DNA of 64,000 nt. It comes from the human T2T-CHM13v2.0 reference genome, Homo sapiens. Below the pieces are notes generated by a model. That model did no database searches. It was not told the origin of the DNA and saw nothing but the letters and a program-made list of their open reading frames with translations. The first letter of the stretch is position 1, and each line of letters begins with the position of its first letter. The position numbers were made by a program, and so were the translations under genes. The DNA lies in NCBI RefSeq assembly GCF_009914755.1, contig NC_060926.1. One strand, 5' to 3'. This document shows, piece after piece, positions 1-19,940 of this stretch.

Positions 1-713
1 TTCTGAAAAACCTGACTTGGGACTAATTTGGAACATTCATGATTATTTGTCAAGGAGTTGCATAAAGAACAGATCTAAGTGTCCATACACCTTTTTTTCT
101 CTACCATAAATACAGAAATATATTTAACAGAAACAAGTTTTATTTTGGGTATTTAAAGTAGAATCCTGATTACTTTTCTATATTGAAAAATACTTTTCTT
201 AAATTATAGCATGAATACAGAATCATGAAATTCCCAAAGTGGAAAATCCTACAGGTTCTTCAACAAATAAACTGTTAGGAAGAGGAAGGGGCACTTATAA
301 AGACAGACTCAAAAGTGTAGAGGAAGAGGGGGCCACAGGGATAATGGTGTCCGGAAATGTACATCTGGGTGATAAAACTGTAAGAAGTACTTACTATAAA
401 ATCAGGATTGAGGTTAATTTTAGGGAGAGAATGCCAATCTACATAGATGTAAAATTAAGTTGTAAAAATAATGCTTCTTCCAGGGTTTGAGGATGATGAT
501 GTTCTGGAATCAGATATGGGTGATGGTTGCACAAATATACTAAAAACCACTGAATTATACACTTTTAAAGGGTGAATTTTATAGTATGGGATTTATATCT
601 CAATAAAAAATGCTTTTGTTTATAACAATCTAAGTTATTTAGATAGAAAAATCATCAATCAAAAAATAAGAGTATCTATATAAAGAAAACCATTTGAATC
701 AGATAGCCTAGAG

Positions 714-1001
714 CAAGGGTCCCCACCTGGGCCACATAGCAAGAGGTGAACAGTGGGCAGGCAAGTGAGCATTACCACTTGAGCTCCACCTCCTGTCAGA
801 TCAGCAGCTACCTTAGATTCTCATAGGGGGACAAACCCTATTGTGAACTGTACATGCGAGGGAACTAAGTTGCATGCTCCTTATGAGACTCTAACTAATG
901 CCTGATGATCTGAGGGGGAACAGTTTCATCCTGAAATCATACCATCCCCCAACTGCTGTCCATGGAAGAACTGTCTTCCGCAAAAAGGTTAGGGACTGCT
1001 G
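714..1001 (+). mobile_element. MER1B-type hAT-Charlie DNA transposon (MITE)
   Basis: Degenerate TIRs (CAAGGGTCCCCA ... TAGGGACTGCTG) and perfect 8-bp TSD GCCTAGAG at 706-713 and 1002-1009. Confidence 0.9.
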
Positions 1002-1641
1002 GCCTAGAGAGAGTAGGAGATGTGACAGGTAAAAAGTTAGATCATGTGTAACAACTAGTGAAAGTATACCAGGGTTATTCAATCAAGATTTCCATGTACC
1101 ACAAGTATATAATGACTAAATTTTTAATGATTTATATCCAAAGGAAACCCTTTATAACCCTCATCAGCCTAATCATTTTATTCTAAAGTTGCATAGTAAA
1201 ATATTTTAACCTATTCAATGGTCTAGTTCTTGTTATCACTTGCTTGAGAAATAGAACACATTTCATGGAAATTAAACACTGAATTTAGCATTTCCACTAA
1301 TATGACTATGAGGAAATTCAGAAAGAGGAAGAGACAATGAGACATCTTTCACTTACTATTCTGATTTTGTTTTTCACAAAACGTTTTGTGAAGTTAATAT
1401 TCCACAAAATCATTAAGTATTGGAGTTCAAATCATGCAAAGTCATTGGATATTTTAAACATGTACTTCAACTAAGCCTAAGCCAAACATCAGTGAAGCAA
1501 TTTACATGCAAGACACAAATTTTAAAGCTATGCTTATGATTGAAGGCACTCCAGCTACCAACTTATTTTGAGATAGTATGAATTGAGAAGGTCATGGAGT
1601 CAGAAGATAGCCACGGTTCAGATGGTCAATTACCTCCACCA

Positions 1642-1654
1642 CCACCAGGTGGCG
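1642..1654 (+). promoter_or_regulatory. CTCF core motif CCACCAGGTGGCG
   Basis: Close match to the CTCF consensus CCASYAGRKGGCR. Confidence 0.55.
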
Positions 1655-1753
1655 TAACTGAGAGTAGTTAGGCTGTGGCCTGCTGAGCACAAAACCATCA
1701 CTCTTAGAGGAAGGGTTGGGGATTATATCACACAGTAGGCCCTTAGTAACCAT

Positions 1754-1766
1754 TTTATTGAATAAA
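1754..1766. terminator. Back-to-back AATAAA on both strands (TTTATT-G-AATAAA); candidate distal FASTKD1 poly(A) signal
   Basis: Seen directly; function inferred. Confidence 0.45.
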
Positions 1767-1849
1767 TGTGTTGTAAGACAGGGAGAAGCCATTATTCCCT
1801 CAATGTGTAGGATTACACCAGGTCAAGATGGTCCACTCAGCTACTACCC

Positions 1850-2980
1850 CATTTCTTTGCTTCCATTTAGGAGAAAATGTATCTCCTCCCATTTTCTCTT
1901 GAACCAGTCAGGCTTTCACATGCACCACTTCAAAACGACTATTTTCAAAGTACTAATGATTTTCATGTTGCTAAATTTAATAGCCATTTCCCATTTGTCA
2001 TCTTTCCTGACCTATCAGCAGCATCTGATACAACTACTCACCTCCCCCTTGAAATGCTTTATCCACTTGGCTTCTAGGAAGTATTACTTACCTTCCTTCC
2101 TCCTACCTCATTGGCCATCCCTGCTCAGTCTCCTTTCCTGATTCCTCCTCTTCCTCTTAATCTTTTAATGTTGGGGCACTTGAAAACTCAGTCCTCAGAC
2201 CTCTCCTCCATTCACACTCTTCTCTAATCTCATTTTAAGCGATTTCATCTACTCTCATGGCATTGAATACTGCTGACATTTATACATTTATATCTGGGGC
2301 CTGGACCTCTTCCCTGACCTCCAAGCTCATTTACTGAATTCTCTATTTGATATATCCACTTAGATGTTTAAAAGACATCACAAACTCAACATATCTAAAA
2401 CAAACTTGTGATCAACCCCCACCACCTGCCCCCCATCTTGCTCTTCCTATAGACTATCCCCATCTTAGTTAATGCTAATGACATCCTCTTAGTTGCTTAG
2501 GACAAAAACTTAGAATTATCCTTGACTCCTATTTGTCTCATACCTCATATCCAATCAGTGAGCAAATTCTGTTGCCTTTATCTTCAACATACATCCAAAA
2601 AATCTGACTACTTCTTATTACCTCCACTGCTACCACTCTCTCCAAGCCACCATCCATTGTTGTCTGGATTATTGCAATGACCTCGTAAAGAGTTTTCTTT
2701 CTTACACATTTGCCTCATCGTAGTCTTTTCTTATCTCAACAAGGTAGCCAAAGTAACGCAGTTAAAATGTGAATTCATATCATTCCTTACTTGAAAAGCC
2801 CCCAATGGCTTCTCATCTCGCTCAGAGTAGCCAAGAGGTTGTATTTGACTCTGTTATCTCTTATCTTTTCTCTTATACACTCCCACCCCACTCCCCACTT
2901 GTTCTGCTCCAGCCACACTGGATCCTTTGTTATTCTCAAACATGCCAGGCATGTTCCCACCTTAGGACATTTGTACCTAT
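1850..2980 (+). mobile_element. L2 LINE fragment, antisense to any extended FASTKD1 3'UTR
   Basis: Pyrimidine-rich L2-type motifs (ctcaacatatctaaaac, atccttgactcc, ctccagccacactgg). Confidence 0.75.
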
Positions 2981-3001
2981 TTTTTAATTGAGACAGGCCA
3001 C

Positions 3002-3007
3002 TTTATT
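3002..3007 (-). terminator. FASTKD1: Proximal FASTKD1 poly(A) signal AATAAA
   Basis: TTTATT on + strand, 48 nt past the stop codon. Confidence 0.75.
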
Positions 3008-3055
3008 AAAATAGGTCCAAATGTAACACACGATAACATTCATTTTAAATAAAAA

Positions 3056-3157
3056 CTACAAACATGACTTGACTTCTCCAAATATACATTCTCTCAGGTA
3101 GTCCATCCGAGCATCCTTTGTTGACAGTGCCATAGAGTTCCATTCAAACTGGGAAAT
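3056..3157 (-). CDS. FASTKD1: FASTKD1 exon 15 coding part (102 nt) with TAG stop
   Basis: ISQFEWNSMALSTKDARMDYLRECIFGEVKSCL*; acceptor TTTTCAG|; cumulative CDS 2544 nt. Confidence 0.96.
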   Translation of the reverse strand: MSQFEWNSMALSTKDARMDYLRECIFGEVKSCL

Positions 3158-3473
3158 CTGAAAATAAGTAATGTTGTTTGAATGAAAGTTTTAAAGCAAC
3201 AACAAAAAACATTGAGGAAGACATATAAGCACTACTGATCAAAGCTGTAGGAATCCTATGAAATTAGTTTACATAAGGATAGCCTGTGAACCTCTACTGG
3301 AAGCCAAGTGGGTCCTTCTGACATTGCCTAGAATACTTTTTTCTGCTCCTTTCATCCTCCTTTTCCTACAATACCAATGATGGACATTTTTTCCTACATA
3401 GTCTTCTATATTCATACCTAGTTGTTTCCTCTGATAACTCTATCCATCTCTACAGTGCCTCTCTCCTTTGTAA

Positions 3474-3706
<233 letters not shown>

Positions 3707-3817
3707 TAAAAAATATATTTAAAAAGGTAATTCTGGAACTTTCACATTAAAAGGAAGCACATGTACAGCTAGTGTCTCTGGGCTTTTTAGAGGCTGAATT
3801 ACATGAGTATTTCATAC

Positions 3818-3932
3818 CTGAATTACACGATACCCCAGAATTTCCAAATGTCGTTTTTTCATAGCAGATTTTCCTTTCATGTGAGGGATATTTCTACAAA
3901 GTGCTTTTGAATCCAAAAATTCCAAAGCAATC
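3818..3932 (-). CDS. FASTKD1: FASTKD1 exon 14 (115 nt), RAP domain
   Basis: IALEFLDSKALCRNIPHMKGKSAMKKRHLEILGYRVIQ, a typical RAP motif; TGTAG| and CAG|GTATGA. Confidence 0.96.
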
Positions 3933-4582
3933 CTACATAAAATAAAAAAATATTTACTCCTAAAATCAGAATAAGAAACTGAATAATTACAAGCTTTTCA
4001 GAAACAAGATTGCATCTTTATAAACTAACAAAAGCCAATGAATATAAATGAGTATATCAAGTTATGTTTCTACTAAGAAATTAGTAATTGATGACAAACC
4101 TATTTAGTTACACAAAATTATTGTAAATATTTGTCTGCTTTCATCCATTTTTTTGGTCCAATATATATTTACACATGCCTACTACATGTAAACCACTGTG
4201 AGGGGTACAAATATGAAGCAACACAGCTTATAGTCTAACAGAGAACACATGATGTATAGTAAGTTACTGTAATGCAGTGTAGGAAGTGGCTAAGTGCTAT
4301 GAGAAAAGTAGAGAGGTATGGGAGCGCAAAAGAAGATACTATTTTACTTCCAGTGGAGGACAATTCTTTTAGCACTTTAGTTAGGGAGATTGCTAGGCTT
4401 TGGACAGAAGAAGGGAGAACATTAAAGCAGAAAGGAGAGGAAAAGCAAAGTTACAAAGGTGGAATGCATGACATATGAGGAACAGATTCCACTACCTTCA
4501 ATCCTTGATCACTGACTTCAGTATAGTACACCAAATTTAACATTTAGATATTAATACAATCTAAAACTAAGAAATAAATTAC

Positions 4583-4721
4583 CTTTCAGCCCCTGGTGGC
4601 AGCCTTGATCCAACTATTTCGATATTTGATTCCCAGGGCATTTCTGGTAGTTGTCCCAATGCTATATTATGGCTTCCATACGGAAGAGGTTTTTTTCTTT
4701 TATCCAAGATACACTCAAAAT
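4583..4721 (-). CDS. FASTKD1: FASTKD1 exon 13 (139 nt)
   Basis: FECILDKRKKPLPYGSHNIALGQLPEMPWESNIEIVGSRLPPGAE; CCTTAAG| and AG|GTAATT. Confidence 0.95.
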
Positions 4722-5368
4722 CTTAAGGAAGCATAGAAACTGGTAGTATGAATTAGGTAAAGTCTTACAGATAAAAGTTTAAGATATATTTGAAATATAT
4801 ATGCATATAATATTTGTACACACACACACTCACAAAAGAATGACGAACCTCTCAGATTATCCAAGTTATTTTTATAAGATCTGGTCCAATGGCACCTCTC
4901 TTTGGAAATCAATCAATAAAAAAATCAACCAGAAGAATTACAAAACAATATTAAGTACTAGGCTACATTTAGCGCTGGGCTAGGCCAAATCACATTAAAG
5001 AGTTTCAATCTCTTTAAGGCTCTTGATTACATTTGGAGAAAGCTAAACCAACTCATCTGAAAATTAATAAAGAAAAAGATACAAGCATTTATCCTGTCTT
5101 TTCTACATGAATTGTACATAAGAGTAACTAAACAGTTGATATGGGAAAGTCCTTTTTAGACAAATTCCAGCTAATAAATGTAGAAGGCATGATAGATGTA
5201 GAATATCGCTACTTTACCACCCCTCTGAATGATGGATTTAGGCAATGAGTGATCATTAATAACTGCTAAAATCAGCAGGTGAAAAGCTGACAGGGGAACT
5301 TTCTGTTGAATGAATCAGCTGACAACATACGAACCCACTGATGAGTCTTAATGTATAAAAGACAACCA

Positions 5369-5668
5369 GGCCAGGCACAGTGGCTCACACCTGTAATCCC
5401 AGCATTTTGGGAGGCCGAGGCAGGCAGATTGCTTGAGCTCAGGAGTTCCAGACCAGCCTGGGCAACATGGCAAAACCCAATCTCTACAAAAAACTTAAAA
5501 AATAAGCCAGGTGTAGTGGTAGCTACTCCGGCTGAGGAGGCTGAGGTGGGCGGATCCCTTGAACCTAGGAGGTCAAGGCTGCAGTAAGCCATGCTTGTGC
5601 CACTGCACCTCAGCCTAGGCAGCAGAGCCAGACAAAAAAAAAAAAAAGGAAAGAAAGAAAAAGAAAAA
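5369..5668 (+). mobile_element. AluJ-like, within old L1M remnant
   Basis: Dimeric Alu with A tail. Confidence 0.9.
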
Positions 5669-6046
5669 GACAACCAGCCTTGTGTGCCTCCTGAGAGGAT
5701 GCAGAAAGAAGTACAAGCCACTTATGAAGTTTTTGGCCAAAAAGAAAAACCTAAAAAAAAAACCTAAAATCTAATCAAATCTCTAGATATCACTAATGGT
5801 TTACAGCAAACCCAGGTTTACAGTAAAAACATTAAAAACTATCAGATGACATTTTAAATGTTATCACAGGGCTGCAATTAGAAAAGTTCGAAATGTGGAA
5901 AAAAAAAACTTATTCTCAAATTTTAAGTTAAAAAAAGAAGTAGGAAAGGAAAAGTTGAACCAAAAACTGCAAACCAACCAAGTGGAATGTTAAGATCCCA
6001 ATTTGGACAAACAAACTATAAAATAAACATAAAAGACACTTAAAAC

Positions 6047-6410
6047 AGGAAAAGCAAAGGTATAGGGGTGCAGTGCATGAGACGTATGAGGAATAGGTTC
6101 CACTGCCTTCAATCCTTCACCATTGAGTTCATTATAGTAGGCCAAATCTAACATTTCGATAAAATGTTAAATTTTATCTAAAATTTCCCATATCTCCCTA
6201 CTTATGTTACATTTCCCATAATTCCCATAAATGTTCAATTTTATCTAAAATTTCCCATATCTCTCTACTTATGTGACATTTCCCATAATTCTACTACCTT
6301 CAATCCTTGATCATTGAGTTCATTATAGTATGCCAAATCTAACATTTCAATAAAATGTTAAATTTTATCTAAAATTTCCCATCTGTCTACTTACGTTAAA
6401 TTTCCCATAT
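6047..6410 (+). repeat. Complex local duplication / nested tandem repeat
   Basis: Copies of 4438-4550 at 6047-6160 and 6293-6350; ~62-bp unit AAATGTT..TTATCTAAAATTTCCCAT three times. Confidence 0.85.
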
Positions 6411-7041
6411 TGCTGAACATTTCTTAAAAGATATTAAGAAATTATTATTAATGGTTATAGGATGATAAAGATGATATTGTTGTTATGTTTTTTAAGTCAT
6501 TCTTATCTTTTAAATATACTTCCTGAAATGATGTCTGTGATTTGAAAAGAATCAGATGGAACTCTGGTGAAAAACTCAGGCACTGAACCATCTTTAAATT
6601 AATTATGAAAGATGAAATATATAGAATTCATTAAGAGAATGAATTCTAGAGCCAGAATGCCAAGCTCAAATCCTGGCTCTGTCATTTGCCAGGTATATAA
6701 CCTTGGGCAATCAATAATGTTTGTGGACTTTAGTCTCCTCATCTGCAAATAATTTACATACTTCATAGGGATATAAGTTTACTATATGCATACACACACA
6801 CAAGTACTTACGAAGTACTTAAAATGGTGTCTAACACATAATAAGCAATATATAAAAATAAACCTATTATTGTTGTTATATGAAATTGCAGCATTGTTTG
6901 ACAGATGGACATACCAGCAAAAAAATCTTACAGATTGATTAAATCATAGCATACTCAATGAAATATGCAGTAACTAAAAAAGATGTTGTATAAGCATATC
7001 TGTTGGCATAGAAAAATATTCACAACATATAAAGTTATAAA

Positions 7042-8059
<1,018 letters not shown>

Positions 8060-8209
8060 ACAAACACTACAGAAGAAAACCTTTTTGTCTTTTTTTTTTT
8101 TAAGTTAGGAAAACAGACACCAAAAGCAAACAGCGGCTATATCATGGGTAATTTTTCTTTTTTGTTATCTTCCTTTTCTAGTTTTTCTATGTTAAGCATG
8201 TCTCATGTA

Positions 8210-8846
8210 ATTTTTTTTTAAGAGATGGGGTTATATTCATATTGTTCTGAAGAAAAAAAGAAAAATATTAAAAAGAGATGGCTTCTCACTATATTGCCCA
8301 GGCTGGTATCAAACTTCTGGGCTCAAGTGATCCTCCTACCTCTGTCTCTCAAAGTAGCTAGGATTACAGGCTTGCACTACCATGCCCAGCTTCAATGTTT
8401 GTTTTTTGTTTTGTTTTGTTTTGTTTTGTTTTAGAGACAGAGTCTTGCTCTGTCACTGAGGCTAGAGTGCAGTAGCGTGACTGTAACTCACTGTAGACTC
8501 AACTCCTGGGTTCAAGAGATTCTCCCACCTCAGCCTCCTAATGGGACTACAGGGGCATGCCACCATGCCTGATAATTATTTATTTATTTAGAGACAGGGT
8601 CTTACTATATTGCCCAGGCTGGTCTCAAACTCCTGAGTAATGGGACTAGAGGGGCATACCACCATGCCTGCTATTTATTTATTTATTTATTTATTTATTA
8701 TTTATTTGTTTATTTATTTATTTAGAGACAGGGTCTAACTACATTGCCCAGGCTGGTCTCAAACTCCTGAGCTCAAGCTATCCTTCCACCTCAGCCTCCC
8801 AAAGTGCTGAGACTATGTGTATGAGCATGAGCCACTGTGCCCAGCC
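8210..8846 (-). mobile_element. AluJ elements, one with internal ~100-bp tandem duplication
   Basis: Reverse Alu motifs; duplicated segment at about 8539-8637 and 8638-8771. Confidence 0.8.
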
Positions 8847-10464
8847 AATTTATGGATTTTTGTCACTCATACCCAACTCAATCCTGATTAACATAAAATC
8901 AAAGGAAAGTTGTGTTTTATAGCACAAGATGAGAGCATTAATGATTATCTAGTTCACCTTCCTGCCCAGTGCAAAAATCACACACATCTATCATCTGAAT
9001 ACTCAGCCTCTGCCTCAACATTACTTCTTCAGAAAGCAGTCAATAATTCTCATTATACCAAGTTAAAGTCTGCTTCCTTTCATTTTTACCATTTTGTTCA
9101 TCTTTGAGATAGAGATATCTAGTTCTTCTACTTAACAATCCTTCAAACATTTTAAAACATTATGGTCCCCATAAGACTTCTATTTTTCAGACTAAACATC
9201 CTTTTTTTTTTTTTTCAAGTAAGATTTATTGGGCTGGGCACAGTGGCTCACACCTGTAATCCCAACACTTTGGGAGGCTAAGCTGAGGCAGGAGGATCGC
9301 TTGAGCCCAGGAGTTTGAGACCAGCAACATAGTGAGACCCTGTCTCTATAAAAAAATTAAAATAAAAATAAATTCATTGAGCACTTACTATGTTCCAAGG
9401 ATAGTGTTAAATGCTTTACATGCAATATCTCAGTTAATCCTATCAAGTAGGCATTATTATCCCCATTTCACTGATGAAGAAGTTAACAAGGTTCAGAAGA
9501 ACTTGCTCAAGGATTGAAATCCATGCAATCCTAGTCCTCTCTAGTTCTGTCTACGACATGATTAGACAAGATCCTTCACTATCTGTCCTCCTTTGTTTCT
9601 AGACCCTAATTGTCACTGTCTCTTAAAAAGGATAACATGCAAAAAATATATATATATATATTAAGGTGTCTAAAAAATAGAATACAATGGGATTACCAAC
9701 TTTTTTGTTATTATTAACAATATAGTTTAAATAGTATTTGATTTTTGGCTACCATTTACACTGTTAGTTTATACCAAGTTTATAATCCTTTTAAATATCC
9801 TGTATATGCAGAGGTTTTCTAAACCTAAATTTAGAAAGTTTATGTTAATTATCTTGAAATTTTATCTTTTTCATTTAAGATCACCACTTGAATGTGGCAA
9901 TATCTTTGAAAATTTTATATTGCCATCAACGTAAGCTAGTCCACCAGCTTTATGTGATCCACAATTCAATCAGAATGCATTCTACAACTAGACCAGTTGA
10001 GAAACAAGATTAATCAGGTTAGCATCAAGCACAGTATCTTTGGAAATCTTTATCCAGGCTGATAGACCAACTTAGTTTTTCAGATGAACTTAAAACAATG
10101 AAATAGAAATTAAAGAGTCATTTCCCTTATTTTCACACACTGAATGGAGAGGACAGAATCTTTTGAAGATCCAGAAATGTTCAGTGAATCTGAATCTGGG
10201 TTTTACTTAGAATTGGTGGAGGACTGACCTTAATTTTTTTTTTTTTTTTTCTAAAGAATAGAAAACGCTCTTGGTTATCAACACTGGGCCACGGGAACTT
10301 GAGGATTTATTCTATTGCTCTTTCTATCTCCGTTTGAAAATTTTAATAATAATAACAACTTGAAAAAAATTCAAAAAACTTTAAAAAATTCCAACTGATA
10401 AGATGATTCTATTCAAATTAGTTTGATTTTCTGAAAGTAACTAATAACCTACCCAATAACTTAC

Positions 10465-10578
10465 CTACTTTGTGGTAATAAGGCGTAAGAACCGAGGCTT
10501 TTACACAATTGATTCCTCCTAGTACCTCTGCTAACATTTTAAAAATCTGCTGTTGTGTTCCATCCATGCCACCAATAC
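10465..10578 (-). CDS. FASTKD1: FASTKD1 exon 12 (114 nt)
   Basis: IGGMDGTQQQIFKMLAEVLGGINCVKASVLTPYYHKV; TTTATAAAG| and G|GTAAGT. Confidence 0.95.
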
Positions 10579-10594
10579 CTTTATAAAAAAATAA

Positions 10595-13015
<2,421 letters not shown>

Positions 13016-13286
13016 ACACAGATATATAATCATTCACATAGGAGAAGGAGAAAGACAAAAAAGAAATACTCCAAAACATTAAAAGTGGTAGTTTTACTTG
13101 TTAGTAAGATGGGTAATTTTTTATTTTCTATTTTATTCCTGTGTTTTCCAAATTTCTACAATAAGCATGAATACTATTAGAAACAGAAAAAAGTTATTAA
13201 CATTAAAATTCTTCAGTATAGATAGACCTGAGACTTGGATATAAAGTACAACAGATAATTAAATAAATTAAAAGATAGATACATAC

Positions 13287-13415
13287 TTTCAAGTTGAGAA
13301 TCCAATCTAGCTAAGAATTTGATGTTAAAAATTGCCTTTAGCAGATCTTCTGGAAAATATTCAAGTGTGGCCAAAGAGAAACCAAGAAACACTAATATAA
13401 AAGGATCCAATATAC
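13287..13415 (-). CDS. FASTKD1: FASTKD1 exon 10 (129 nt)
   Basis: ILDPFILVFLGFSLATLEYFPEDLLKAIFNIKFLARLDSQLE; TTTTAG| and A|GTATGT. Confidence 0.95.
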
Positions 13416-15099
13416 CTAAAAGAAAATTAAGATTTTTTTAAAGGTATAGCTGCCTCACTTATATATACACTTATAATTTATTCAGGCAAACCCAGGTTTT
13501 TAAAAAAAAGATACACAGCCTTGACAAAACTAATCTACACTGTTACAAGACAGGATAATGGTTAAGTGGTTACCTTTGGGTGTGAGCCAAGTAGGAAAAG
13601 GGGACAAGAGGAGAAGGGTACTGTGATAATACGCTGTGTCTTGATCTCAGTACTGATTCCCTAGGTGATTCAATTTGAATAAATTCACAGTATTATACTA
13701 AAGTTATACGAACATTTGTTATTACACTTTAGTAAGAAGTTTTAAAAATAGCCTTGGAAAAAGAATCCAAAACAAAAGGACAGTGGTGCATGTAAAAAGA
13801 AGTGATCCCAGTGTTGATGATAATAATACAATAGTGTTCAGAATATGTTACATACCATTCTAAACACTTTAGATATATTAACTCACTTATATCTTATATC
13901 AGTAGAAACAATTATCTCCACTTTATAAATAAGCATTAGGAAGCAGAGAGGTTAAATGACTTGCCCAAGATCAGAGTTGGCAGCGGAGAGTAGGGTTTAA
14001 CCCAGAATGTCCAGCTCTGGAGCCTGGATTATTATACTATGCTGCTCTCTGGGAATCTCAGATCTCCAAGCAGAGTGTACACATGTTTGAGGCTGAGGTC
14101 TTGCCTAGCACCTGCTCCTTTACTTGTCACCCAGCAGCATGGCAGATGCCCCACAGTATAAGGCTTCAACTATTTACCTGATTTGCCTCATCCAAGAGAC
14201 ATTTCTAATGTGGCGGAAAGGGTCACCTAAAATGCCTGACTGGCATAGGTATTCTTACTAAGGACAGAAGAGACAACATTAAATCTTTCCTTTTCAATTT
14301 TTTCTAAGTTTATTTAATAAAGAAAGACCAGATCATAAATGAAGTTAATAGTGATGATTTCTACCAGCAAAACTAATCTGTCAAAATTCGTCTTTACTCA
14401 AAACAATGAAAATTATTACTCCATTAGTTATTTAAAATTTTACTTATAAAGTTCCCTAGGAATTTTTAAAACTTTCTCTGATTAAGTTTTAAAAACTCAA
14501 AGCTGTACTTCTCAATCTTTCTTTCCTTATACTCTTTAGCAACAAAATTTTCTAATTTCTAAGACTCTATTTGGAGAACCTGGGAAGAGATGCACTTTCA
14601 TTTCCTTCTGGTTGTCAACACATGACTGAACAACCAGGAGAATACAGTCTAAGTCTCAATTTAAAGTCTCATCTTTCTACATATAGTTGTGTTACTAAAA
14701 AGGGGTATAAATGTATACCATACATGCAACACATTCATATACATATATACATACATATATCCCAGCCTCACGTTGTAGGCTGTGACACAGTAGTATCAGA
14801 CATGGTTAGATGCTGTCTGGCCCATAGATCCCACAAAAATGTAGCAAAGTCCATTAGCATGATGCAGACACAATTAATATATTTATACTTGCTTCATACC
14901 AGCTTCACCAGAGGTCTAAAGATCTATATAAATCCCTAATGTAGAGCCTAACATGTTATGCTGGATATGGAAGCTCTCAGTATCTGTTGCTTGGTAGATA
15001 ACTGGGTAATTCTTACTCTCCAGGCAGAGCAAAAAGATCTGAGGAAACCAGTCTCTGGCTGTCTCTCCAACTTTATCTCCTACCAACTCGGTCTCCCTC

Positions 15100-15530
15100 A
15101 TCTACTCCTGCCACACTGAATCCACTGTTCCTGGAAAAAAACCAAACATGCTCTCACCCGAGGGCCCTTTCCAGTTCCCTTTCTTTCATCCTGGGACTCT
15201 CTTCCCTAACTCTTGACATGCATCACTCTCTCAATTCATTTAATCCATGGTTAAATGACATCTCCTCAGAGAGGCAGTCCCTGAATCCCTTATCCAAAAT
15301 AGCACTCCATCTCACACTTACCATGATGCTCCAGCCTACACACTTACCCTGCTCTAATGTTCTTGAAGGTACTTATCACCATCTGACCTTAGAGCCTTGT
15401 TTATTGTTTATGTCAATCTCCCCCTAACAGAAAGTAAACTCGATCATGGTAGTTTATCTGTTTTTACTCTCTCCTGTATCTCCAGCGCCTAGAAGAATAC
15501 CTGACAGTAAGTACATGGAAAGTGTTGACT
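15100..15530 (+). mobile_element. L2 3' end fragment
   Basis: ctgtatctccagcgcctagaagaatacctgacagtaagta resembles the L2 3' end. Confidence 0.65.
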
Positions 15531-15819
15531 GAAAAGGAACGGTTACTGAGCATTTCTCCTCTAAAGCTTCTATATCATACTGACAAGTACATAGTGTGAG
15601 TCTGAGAAGAAAAGTCTCATAAAGCTCTAATCCTTCAAGGTCAAACTGTTCCAAACACAACTCAGGACCCAAAATAAAAAGGAAAAGGAAAAGGAAAAAG
15701 AAAAAGTAATTTCCTGTCTCTGCTGTCCTCACATATTGCTTCTGCTAAGGCTAACAGCAGGAAGGACTATTTCTATTCTACTTTTTTCTAGTACTGAAAT
15801 ATTACCAAAAGACTTTTCT

Positions 15820-19332
<3,513 letters not shown>

Positions 19333-19453
19333 AGAATTTATTTAATTTTTAAACCTCAAATTCCAATCCAAGTTCTCAAAGTGCCTATGATAAAAATTAT
19401 GCTTGCAGAAGTTGACAACTCTATAAAATTAATGTCTACCATTTAAATTTCAC

Positions 19454-19940
19454 CTTTTCAATCTGCTGAACAGCCACTGAGGCTATCCTATCTAGTAGCA
19501 AAGTACTGAGGTAATCAGTACTAGAAATAAAAGATGCAATCTCCCCAACATTTATGTAATTAATATCATCCATGAAATGCTGTAAAGTAGCAATCATTTC
19601 TTCAAGAAGTGACTCAGGAAACGTGTTTCCTTTGAGAGATTTAAGTTCCTTCCGTAACAGATCCAAACTGTTGCTGTGTTGTAGTCTCTGACGACCATAG
19701 TGATCTAATTTTTGAAGTAGTTTCAGTTGTTTCGCAGTCATATTATCCAAATACACGTGATCATGCTGAATCCATCTTAAAACAGATGTGGCAAAACTAC
19801 TCAGGTTATTTAGGTCACACTGTGGTAAAACGGCTTCAATTCGGGATATCCCCACTTCGTCCAAGTGAGGAGAAGGGAGCAGGGAAATAGCACGGACCAG
19901 AACAGACACCTCAGTTGGTATGAAACTATTTTTCAAATAA
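19454..19940 (-). CDS. FASTKD1: FASTKD1 exon 8 (487 nt)
   Basis: YLKNSFIPTEV...AVQQIEK within ORF 19436..19984; TTTTGCAG| and AAG|GTGAAA. Confidence 0.96.

Noticed and set aside
1-700. KLHL41 3' end expected from gene order
   Set aside because: No kelch coding sequence visible; the region looks like old L1M fragments, so it is not annotated.
1716-2141. 141-aa plus-strand ORF
   Set aside because: Non-ATG start, runs into decayed L2 sequence, no recognisable protein.
3794-3827. 10-bp repeat of the exon 14 end (TGTAATTCAG) 24 nt into the intron as an alternative donor
   Set aside because: The second copy is followed by CC, not GT or GC.
4589-4603. CTCF-like CCACCAGGGGCTG in exon 13 (minus strand)
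   Set aside because: One G short of consensus and explained by Pro-Pro-Gly-Ala codons.
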